DNA from: a virus | DNA length: 64,000 nt | Direction: 5' to 3' (one strand) | IMG/VR virus record: IMGVR_UViG_3300021963_007714 | Span: 1-64,000 of that record | Shown here: positions 52,401 to 57,157 of the stretch, piece by piece | Position numbering within the stretch: the first letter of the stretch is position 1 | How the letters are laid out: each line of letters begins with the position of its first letter | Translations under genes and position numbers: made by a program | The notes under the pieces: model-generated | Seen by the model: the letters and a program-made list of their open reading frames with translations, nothing else | Told to the model about the DNA's origin: nothing | Database searches by the model: none

Positions 52401-53672
52401 CCACAGAGTATGGTTGTAACCACTGTGTCTCCCCAATCCGCCAAAGAAAATCTGTATTACTTTGACAGAAGTCCAGGTTTAAGGGCTACTAAAGGACCAC
52501 CAGTTGCTAGTCTACAGACTTTATTAGATAGCGGCTCTGGAATAAGAAAAGACAGTACCATCATAAAGGGTGACGTTTTACGTTTTGATGTAGGAAAAAT
52601 CCTACAACCTATCAAAATCATCGCAGTAGATAATAGAGTTTCGGTGGCAAGTACTAAGATTAAATTGACTGCACGTAGTGTTCAAGATGATCGTAGAATA
52701 GTTGGCAAGCTAAGAAGTGCTATCACAGTAAGAGCTGATAGTTCAACCATTGTCTATGGTAAGTTGGCCGAAAGACGTATAGTACCTAACCTAGTGTCTG
52801 TGAGAGATAACCTGTCAGTGTCTAAACTTACCAACTATGAAAACATAGGTGAAGTTACTGGACCATATATCACTATAACTTCACATACAGATCTAGGAAG
52901 AACAGTTACAGGATATAGTCAAGAGTGGGCAGATAACTTTACCACAGTATATGCCTTTGACCAAGACATAATTACTCAAACCTATGTTAGAACTGACACT
53001 GTTCAAATATTTTATAATGCTGGTAATGATATAACACCCCTATTCCCTACAGGGTCAGAGTTTTACCTACAAGACCTTAACACCGGATATCAACGACAAT
53101 TTATAGCTTTAGAAGGCAATATTGGAAACGTAGTGATTAATAATCCAGGGTTCTTACCTGGTATCAGCAACATGCAGATAGTTTCAACTGCCTCTAGTTA
53201 TCCAATAACATTGACATTTGGTCAACAGGTACTACAGCCTTATTATGTGGGTAGTTATATCAGTGTAATTAATAGCATTGGCCAAAGTGTGAAAGTGGTT
53301 TTAACCGCAGCGACTAGAAGTAGTGTAACCTATGTTAAAAATTATTCTTACAGAGACTTTAGGTTTGCGCCAGGCAGTGTTAGTCTAGCCAGCTTGAGCG
53401 TACCAGTATACCCAAGTGCTACAGTTAGACCGACAAGCAAACCTACAAATATCAGAGAAAACTTATTCTTTGTAAGCCTGGCACCAAATTACGAGCACAG
53501 AGCAGAATTAGAATTTACCTACAGCAATTTGGTTGATGATGTCAGCGTGCTGTCCTATGATAGTGCTACCGGAATCATTAATAAATATATGGTTGGTGAT
53601 ACTGCTAAGGGCCAAACTGGAGTTACAGATCCTAGCGCCAGAAGAGTAGAACCCATACAGTTCTGGAGCTAA
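37494..53672 (+). CDS. Giant (5392 aa) repeat-built Thr/Ser-rich virion protein
   Basis: Uninterrupted 16.2 kb ORF; ~30 copies of a core like DVVNxYIxDNDLLP; TAAATA 7 nt before ATG. Confidence 0.8.
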   Translation: MPILVFPPPGSPGSQALTATFVVVVPEAGTPKQVLQSISTSTVTVFIQEGIPVTSQPAYYSADVVNWYINDNTLLPLTPVSQSTITLTYRSTPIYNPLNKIKIRSSSYEFPIIVTPTTVTSTSLSFTNPIELNLPVISDARIYFGENTTVETPRYSGDSVPTYELKYTGRKFPKIPVLEIPERGYQLTTVTNTTATLGPTVGVPIVNQTYFDSSNYVNYYLYDSDIFTVTHSVPPTITVNFVYDQRIKITNLIRVANQEYTYPRVLTLTSSTNSSITFNNPGDFGVWSQGYIYFQEINSIQIASYTATNNTVLLGNFDLVARRKVRIGVELAELPNLPNAEVVQKNDQLRAIGYQFGKPGPSFQNITTSSIVIFPNPGYSALTQSAYYSSDIVRNYIYDEDLFPLTASTESTVVLTFNPVEYINLVNKVRISGSSYTYPTILNLTSATNTSVSFVNPGDFPIISEPVIYFGQDSITENVRYSSDLVSEFSSALVSNPVFRIVQPLFELRPRAAILVTVTNYTSTMFSSIGIPILNQTAYYTSNVVDYYINDNDLLPLTAISTASITISFFNSIYTNQLNRVRIANETYEYPRVINLTTSNSTSITFNNPGDFGIISEGKIYFQESVTQVNSVYSESPYQFNIAYPTLDVKRHVRIGEQFVDTTLRVGSQELSTVTSSATIVYPGPAIPIPYLESKYLADVVNYYINDNDLLPLTNLTTASIRLNFAYTTFQNPINKIRIFGPEYNYPRLITITSATNTYVEFANPGDLPVISDPKFQFAENSQIDTAIYISRDFANFTYLPYRKVKLGNEIKASSTSTITSGAVARYKFSLPLTTQFSNQLPPNIGAINVWTALDHDLPFFNTPLVYNIAQTIYTTGFPAPGFYTYTSVQRGDVARGLAPITIPGDIASYTNNYLVFLGRAPLREPAAGLVKIGQGALTRRIVEPIRFTRPNIYITVTSATSFARSVNLQDIPAKYTSDYVSYYLYDNDIFTITNLSTVTSYVLPFIDSNVNLDLYTPDSTIQLANRDSGYIYPSPITFTSYDTTSVSITLASELPIISGPRLLFIQPSSVDILLTQSTASFITAQGSVGSLYTQSLVSSILPPVSPRERLFYSRLAPGYGLRGIPIAESTRSQIYPIATVTTPRVGEHVVIGDPFASVEPTLGLGNFTLKPRRSLVVGDGIAIAGNIFQPNRIEYSRFPGVSPGVDFGVYIRTLSTVTSSAAIVYPGPIIRVPYLDSNYTSDVVNWYINEETLLPLTAVSTSTIRLTFQNTSYVNPLNKIRVFNSNYTYPNSITPGLINLTSATNNYIEFANPGNFPVISEPRFQFAEISSVDVALFSTSATIVRPIASILTSTLVTATVFMSSLGAVDLITRRVKTNNFISTDITISSGATTLDYRRKNLLGSNIADVLSTATQLTAGTLTTRRSLRIGAILQDTQISTPVIAKFDFIVARARRIYSQWEGFYSSATQTITQITTTATIRYPNVGIPIISQQAKYSSDAVSWYIYDNNTLPINQITTSSITYFFDPFAYINPDNVFKAVNERTGVTHAPLYVTTSTAGSVTFANTSIPVVSDLKIYFGSSSTQDIVTYSSPIFLPRTESYADQFTAVNRASVPSALRNYYMHKIAPGYNSVQAVSFTHLTVGGRPPSQLDNYIGTDVITNESVNLGALPSNRYDVVNQYIYDTNVPQRTTGYDSNITLNFDNNNVPGVTPLRFKLGQTVRFTQSESTYTGTATITISNLQGVTFSTPSGFPVLGGIVVTNITTASYSVDWAFRDLSDKVTFRNNTRVLENLAQVGRKPNLRGISIFLERGITHQHTLHKTTSDGLDFYRDSRLEGDYPVQTTGRSAAEPILIPTPDLRNPYNIINSYIFDDNIITNNARADRIQYNAVQNYIYDNEIFTRSVISAFTGTNLVTYDFDRRDFNTFPAGSMIRLKYGLNQITTATVVSSTVYGVTIQDIKQFPGANNLTISRYPATLANQFTDNFTIDNKGYAIYNYLLARMAPGIRKGYTSNIFYASETSRLGPLPKLSSSIVVKPDSWYASRTVTSVQTSSTIVYPNGRIEITGRSQEYTNNTVNQYIFDRDIFVGSYILFNSTYLLDSNQYATPNADRIQYNSVNIYTYDLELYSRTNIFLDRSVITLYFNKNTIVINPNNIVRVSNQITGYSNTFTIFNVTSRSVDLLNPNPYSTFPSISNLFLEFGVVTTSDSASFSNYNRIPILTQSNLPVRSPSVRRIETSATTMVMSLPTYRDRLTTAAKVIAPTQISTQVAKSSIKISIGSTVVSQNFNRTLTGITTSTSIVYHSSRVAQVTAIGNKFTNNIVSLYTFERDIIVTQTIISPTIDVYYQNIVPTLNYDKVKIERADTGYSFESNIISFHAGVSGLPPYIKLPVSIGFPEVSATPIFLSFGIAIQNNTPIYTDSNQIGYVPLQRYIRQKNQILTPVVQAIDVPMDLRKTWTGSTASSVISYSGNYGLLPAPASYTSDYVSTYINDSDIFVITPLASTSTVVLNFQTHLDIVTNLNENNVIRLSNGTNEWQAILTPTNVSTTAITFTYVNFPVISEPQVSFQRTSSIATATYTMSRSGIYVESLSKQTVQVKAVERRPEYAVTRQGIKLIGEISYPVRTLSTVTSTATISYPGPGIEIIARNNFDVYNIVSEYTFDSNIIRSTSVLDTVQYNTVNLYTFDRDIWIRSVIRENITLFYTLNGPNPSNIIKLYKTNTGYEATPTVLAFTNYEDGKKSVTIAYEPNFPSISNMFIQFGFNSISSTPIYLDNNRIPLVTGPRFLTKNYRILSFVPEVKEVYNQKQTLTTVTTTATQVFPNYGIHTSHIPATYTSDYVTYYTYDNDLFPLTTISQPGNITLFFTPTDYINNTNQIRLGNKEYTYPSVINLTSATNTSVSFNIVGSFPIISDPTIFFAENSYIDTAIYTVSSRPITYDIIKPQGIKLQDPSRPIITKSTLTTFVTPVTQRSSIPITGIIQSRNNFIPSIYVRDNEILSFTTSTANISDFVSVYTFDRDIITVSSFNAITLQFTYPGFRQITDKIAVTNVNSGYRTIHTVLTSSERTVTFASTSNFPSVSELYIDFNWISSTATISYNDSISSIALYQPSLMSEGQVRPNVINGANVREAYFKSLLQPSRAGRRSFVYTTEITPITYNPRIESLRTVNQLRADNSYATRQLTGLSTSTNITYPNASVPVTARSGLFNYNIVRDYIFDNNILPRESRTISAITLFFDKNTQLVTNLVKIQSPSLGYSFEITALSTSQNSITIPAIPLPDILDLVVYFGVSVSTNTPIYLDYNRVPNVGNPRALTNKNQILSPVVSNIADISNQFKNLNTVTTTSTLVFPNIGIPITNQAAQYTSDVVSYYIYDNDLLPITQLASTSTVTLFFNTTTYINTDNKIKIVNPNWESSVYNLTSATSSYITFEAANFGIVSEGRILFAQTSTIDTAVYSEIKIATPVAKLWTGIVVKDPSTPRITVRQTSQTVFTPIRISGAIPVTGIRSRSNNFVNTYIYDTEFLTFTTSNNITITFDAVSAAQVGNSVIIHNGLGYVSSFSLTSATTRLATFVNPGNFPEITGMYFYYYTTQSSAVTIGNYDIVNNITTTTSQLSYSNQSPFFYHRLGVKGIPFQRNQLATQNTPVANYVKQGLKVVADSSYPARSLISVTTSSDIVYIGNPIYITARSTEYTNNVVSQYIFETDRFIGNRIVTATITLSFYPTVYINPLNKIRLVNPNNGYSQDINISSSTNRTITFTPPLGDFPAISDLYFLFGQTSISSTPIYTDNNKVTLIAAMAAVRPKSVRALMTLPEVVDIDRVFQTLTTVTSTSSLVFPGSGTPILNQYPTNTTTAVTWYYNDEDILYVTQNTSSTIRLAFESSTYINPVNKIKIAHDGYEYQSIISLTSATDTYIEFADPGNFPVVINSRIYFAQSTTQDIAVYGQGRSPVRIEKYRDISILKEIRSTITFRTTSTVYQTPTGAVYPLALTGQTDLVNDNVVNWYIYDYDTITFTPITTSTITYSFATGTNLIPLIKNSTIYIFNENTKIGQTAAIVGFTTSTLTVTRPGLLPEISGTTIYLNFTSTTAVSTYSDDVQKIAGIETSDSYKTIFEPRNQKEALYWSLLAPGKYGQTFPAQGKSLTELIDRNKTAAFFNKLVYRPIEVKITDINNSLSSPITVTSTALTFLNPGYEIVAQLPTSQSMDIVNWYINENTLLPITAITTTSYQLNFYGNVYQNPLNKVRIVKGNYTSAVLTVTNSIPNQITVNAPLGLPPVSGGFIYFADNISIDTASYTDVKRVPVTGNLLTQSSIVTNLAPITPQQHLFWSLLSPSSYGRSEIIIGKQTAPIVGARDINPTVQSAVYGTSTVIYITNPVSVNGRSNEFTNNVVNDYIYDNDISIFVPITTSTVTLFYDNDQAITSNYIRLVKNFTGYTQDFNAITVTNSQTTFVTTSSLPAISEMQIYFGYPTITDVITYNDTGRVENIAAISSIPKLQLITLGIKGYNGITLNPLDKVLRESDPFYKIKTLTSVSSTSTIVYPNQGYEPIAVTDSISDNFVTVYTYDQEVLLQTYTTSSFITYDFYATGYYINPNNTVRIVNSNNGFDRIYSIVSATNYSITVSNTGDLPDVSGTRLFFGINTTIDTDNYSYSVQNFDNLIGNLTQASQRLGEAVSGIKLSSFSLQNYDNPGFILDPYYGIVSDSTYQNNSLEYITYDKDVFVTGILSRGVTTTLYINNPYNKIYDPKLLFYPTNYAKLTLGTFTSVVYLLATDYYTVTFNTVAGMPVEVNGMTIVNVSYAYYPQSEANKIVLTNGILFQPTTPKQALASSLYNPLRGIDYNIDRVLHQPTTILKYDPKLSTFYSSRIPGDFSHVLLDQTSNTREIYDIPTWYEYDRDLLTYSTGSVSTKKLSFNTIVGVPFPAGRSIRIRNDSINLNYITTVTEAAVGYVIINQPTVTFPTAGTFVELVESVLYPQSMVVTTVSPQSAKENLYYFDRSPGLRATKGPPVASLQTLLDSGSGIRKDSTIIKGDVLRFDVGKILQPIKIIAVDNRVSVASTKIKLTARSVQDDRRIVGKLRSAITVRADSSTIVYGKLAERRIVPNLVSVRDNLSVSKLTNYENIGEVTGPYITITSHTDLGRTVTGYSQEWADNFTTVYAFDQDIITQTYVRTDTVQIFYNAGNDITPLFPTGSEFYLQDLNTGYQRQFIALEGNIGNVVINNPGFLPGISNMQIVSTASSYPITLTFGQQVLQPYYVGSYISVINSIGQSVKVVLTAATRSSVTYVKNYSYRDFRFAPGSVSLASLSVPVYPSATVRPTSKPTNIRENLFFVSLAPNYEHRAELEFTYSNLVDDVSVLSYDSATGIINKYMVGDTAKGQTGVTDPSARRVEPIQFWS

Positions 53673-53709
53673 ATAGACAGAAATGCTAAATAAATGAAAG
53701 GATCTAAGC

Positions 53710-53958
53710 ATGTTTGAAGAATTAGACAAAATGTTTCCTGGACATGGACATTTTTATGAAGTAGCAGGATTTACCGTAAATGAGGCACTAGAAAGATGTG
53801 CTAGACTTACTGTAGACGGCGACGATTATGTTACTCAGGTGAACGGAAAAATTATTTTTGTGAGTAAAACAAAATTAGATGTTAATGGAATTCCATGGCT
53901 TAATCCTGTAGCAGGGACTCCTGTAGATGTTGACGCAAGCCCAGTCAACCCAGAATAA
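53710..53958 (+). CDS. Hypothetical protein
   Basis: Two TAAATA motifs and AAGGA upstream. Confidence 0.7.
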   Translation: MFEELDKMFPGHGHFYEVAGFTVNEALERCARLTVDGDDYVTQVNGKIIFVSKTKLDVNGIPWLNPVAGTPVDVDASPVNPE

Positions 53959-53975
53959 TGAGGAATAATTAAAAA

Positions 53976-56900
53976 ATGGCCAAGCATATAATTCAAGAAA
54001 GTTATACATTTACACCAGGATCAAATACAATTGTATTACAAAATAGATTCCTGCGTCGTGAACAACTGGTTTTGATTACTAATGTTACAACTAACACGGT
54101 AATCTATAACTTCGCAGATTCGGCACTAAGAGCAACAACATTTACAACTAGTATTGTTGCCAACGTCGAAACAACTACAATCGTTCTCAACTATAACACA
54201 AGCTCAATGAGCAGCACAGACAAGCTGGCCATTTTGGTAGAAGAAACCAATGAAACATTTATGCCAGCTGAAGTGTACATTGATCCTGTTCAGAAATTAC
54301 GTGTTTCAACACCACAGAGTTTGATTGATACTGACTTCGAATATGGAGTGCAGCCAACCAAGTGGGAAACATTGAATCTAATGAATAATAGACCAAGTGG
54401 TTTTTATGACCCTACAGCACCTGTTACTATCACTTCTGTTTCAGGTAACGGTACAAGAGTAGTTACAGTGCTACTAGCAAACACTACTGGTATTATCGCG
54501 GGTAACCCAATTTATATTCAAGATACAATTGATCCTAATGCTAATGGTTACTTTATCATTGCGTCAGTTAGTACTAACGTTAACTTTACATATAACGCAG
54601 GAGCAAACGTAACCAACGGTATTATTTTCGATCAAACTAAAACATATGTATTCAATGCGATTCCATATACTGGCGCAGGGGTGGCTGTAACAACCACAGG
54701 TGGTGGTTCCTTTGTCAGATCAGCATTGAACGAAGTTACTGTAACAACTAAAGATAATCATGGATTGTCTGTAGGTGATGCGATCTTTGTCTGTAACACA
54801 ACAGCTTCTAGTAATCCACCAAATGGTGCTTGGTTTGTTCGTCGTACACCTACAACTAACACATTTATCTATGACACTATTGCAGATCCAACAGGTACTA
54901 TTACAGCCCAAGCCTCTGGTAGTGGTTTGACTGTTAATACCACAGTAGATGCTTCAGGTCGTATTATTGCTGTGGCAGTGAACGCTGCTGGTACACTATA
55001 TGCAGTGGGTGACATTGCTACAATTTCCGGTGGTGGCGGTAATGCTCGTGTTAAAGTTACAGCTATTATTCCATCAGCTACTGGTTCTTTAGTTGGTGCG
55101 GTGAACGGTGTACAGGTTAACCAACCTGGTACAGGTTATTCAGGTGCTTCAGGTGTAGCTACTACACTAAACTTCAGTGGTGGTACACTCTATGTTCGTC
55201 CATGGGGTAGTGCTATTCATAGACCATTTGACGGTGGTGTGTATTTTACTGCTGGTGTTCCTTATCACGGCAATCAGTTAATTCGTCAAACACGTCGTTA
55301 TTTCCGTTATCAATCTGGTAAAGGCATTCAGTTCTCAACTGGATCTAATATGACTTCACCGTTTATTGTTGATAACGTAACATCGTCAGGTTCTACTGTT
55401 ACTGTAACAACCAAGTTTCCACATAATTTATTTACAGGTGCTAACATTCGTGTTAGTGGCTGTAATGAATCAGCATATAACGGAACATTCAATGTTACAT
55501 TTTTAACTGCTACAACATTTAGCTACACTGCCTTATCAACACCAAGTGCTAGTCCTGCCACAGGTAGTCCGACTGTACAGCCTAATACATGGTTTGGATC
55601 ATTCATTCGTCTAGGTATGTTTGATAACCAGAATGGATTTTTCTTTGAATACGATGGTCAAGCACTATTTGCCTGCCGCCGTTCAAGTACAAATCAACTT
55701 TCTGGTTATGTAAGTGCTTTAGGTACAGGTGAACAGTCAGTAACTGGTGTTAACAGTAAATGGTCAAGTCAGTTGAGTCCTGGTGATTTTATTGTAGTAC
55801 GTGGTATGAGCTATACTGTAGTCAGTATTGAAAGTGATACAGCGATGACAATTTACCCAGATTACCGTGGTACTGCTATTGTTCCTCCGACGCAGTTAAT
55901 TATCAGTAGAACTGATACTCTACGTATGCAACAAAACACATGGAATATTGATAAGATGGATGGAACTGGAGAATCTGGTTTCAATATTGATATCAATAAG
56001 ATGCAGATGTGGTATATTGACTATACATGGTACGGTGCTGGTGCTATTCGTTGGGGATTTAGAACACAACGCGGTACAGTAGCATACGCACATAGGCTAG
56101 CACACGGTAATAACATGACAGAGGCTTACATGCGTACTGGTAACTTACCAGCTCGTTATGAAGTTTCAACAATTGCGCCCGTAACAAAATTAGCAGCCAC
56201 GTTAAGTAACTCAGAAACAGGCACAATCACAGTAGCAAGCACAACAGGTTTCCCAAATAGTGGAACATTGATCATCAACGCCAGTGGTAATACAGGCGCT
56301 GCTATCGAATATATTAGTTATACTGGAAAAACAGCTACAACATTTACTACATTGACCAGAGCATTAACAAACCTTACAGGTCCTCAAGGCCTAGCAAGTG
56401 GAGGTGGTGCTACTACAGCACAGACATTTACATTTAGTGCTACAGCACCTCACTCAGTGAGTTATTTTAGTCCACAATGTAGTAATACAATCAGTCACTG
56501 GGGTAGTTCTGTGATGATGGATGGTAGGTTTGATGATGATAAATCTATCGTGTTTATCGCAGGTATGACCACAGCCTACTCAAACATTGGCGCAAGTGTA
56601 CTCGTTCCATTATTGAGCATACGTATTAGCCCAAGTGTAGACAGTGGTTTAACTGGTGTTATTGGTGCTAGAGAACTTGTCAATAGGATGCAATTGGTTT
56701 TACGTTCAGCTGGTATCCAAACTTCTGGTACAAACTTTCTAATTACAGGACGTTTAAATGCTAGGATTACTGGTGGTACTGCTACTAGTTTTACTAGCGC
56801 TGGTGGTTCAAGCCTAGCTCAAGTGAATTACCACGCAAGTAACAATTCCGTGTCAGGTGGTGAGATTTGCTTTGGTGCTTTCACAGCACCTGGTGTTAAC

Positions 56901-57095
56901 GTACTAGACCTGTCTGTTGTACGTGACCTAGGTAATAGTATATTAGGTGGTGGTGCTGCTCTAAGTCATCCAGCTAGTGATTTAAACAAGTACCCAGATG
57001 GTCCGGACATTCTAACACTATGTGCTCAAAATACTGGTGGTGTTACAACTAACAGTATTATTGCTCGTATTGGTTGGACAGAAGCTCAAGCTTAA
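53976..57095 (+). CDS. Large virion structural protein (baseplate/tail-associated)
   Basis: LVLITNVTTNTVIYNFAD N-domain; LRVSTPQSLIDTDFEYG; paralogous core with 29226-30584 plus inserted beta modules. Confidence 0.75.
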   Translation: MAKHIIQESYTFTPGSNTIVLQNRFLRREQLVLITNVTTNTVIYNFADSALRATTFTTSIVANVETTTIVLNYNTSSMSSTDKLAILVEETNETFMPAEVYIDPVQKLRVSTPQSLIDTDFEYGVQPTKWETLNLMNNRPSGFYDPTAPVTITSVSGNGTRVVTVLLANTTGIIAGNPIYIQDTIDPNANGYFIIASVSTNVNFTYNAGANVTNGIIFDQTKTYVFNAIPYTGAGVAVTTTGGGSFVRSALNEVTVTTKDNHGLSVGDAIFVCNTTASSNPPNGAWFVRRTPTTNTFIYDTIADPTGTITAQASGSGLTVNTTVDASGRIIAVAVNAAGTLYAVGDIATISGGGGNARVKVTAIIPSATGSLVGAVNGVQVNQPGTGYSGASGVATTLNFSGGTLYVRPWGSAIHRPFDGGVYFTAGVPYHGNQLIRQTRRYFRYQSGKGIQFSTGSNMTSPFIVDNVTSSGSTVTVTTKFPHNLFTGANIRVSGCNESAYNGTFNVTFLTATTFSYTALSTPSASPATGSPTVQPNTWFGSFIRLGMFDNQNGFFFEYDGQALFACRRSSTNQLSGYVSALGTGEQSVTGVNSKWSSQLSPGDFIVVRGMSYTVVSIESDTAMTIYPDYRGTAIVPPTQLIISRTDTLRMQQNTWNIDKMDGTGESGFNIDINKMQMWYIDYTWYGAGAIRWGFRTQRGTVAYAHRLAHGNNMTEAYMRTGNLPARYEVSTIAPVTKLAATLSNSETGTITVASTTGFPNSGTLIINASGNTGAAIEYISYTGKTATTFTTLTRALTNLTGPQGLASGGGATTAQTFTFSATAPHSVSYFSPQCSNTISHWGSSVMMDGRFDDDKSIVFIAGMTTAYSNIGASVLVPLLSIRISPSVDSGLTGVIGARELVNRMQLVLRSAGIQTSGTNFLITGRLNARITGGTATSFTSAGGSSLAQVNYHASNNSVSGGEICFGAFTAPGVNVLDLSVVRDLGNSILGGGAALSHPASDLNKYPDGPDILTLCAQNTGGVTTNSIIARIGWTEAQA

Positions 57096-57109
57096 AAGCA
57101 TAAGCATAG

Positions 57110-57142
57110 AAAAGAAGGCTGCTATACGCAGCCTTTCTTTTT
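57110..57142 (+). terminator. Intrinsic terminator
   Basis: AAGGCTGC-tatac-GCAGCCTT then TCTTTTT. Confidence 0.85.
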
Positions 57143-57157
57143 AATAAATATAAGATC

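Noticed and set aside
37494-53672. Tape measure protein or diversity-generating retroelement target
   Set aside because: Beta/Thr-rich rather than helical Ala-rich; no near-identical template/variable repeat pair or reverse transcriptase seen.
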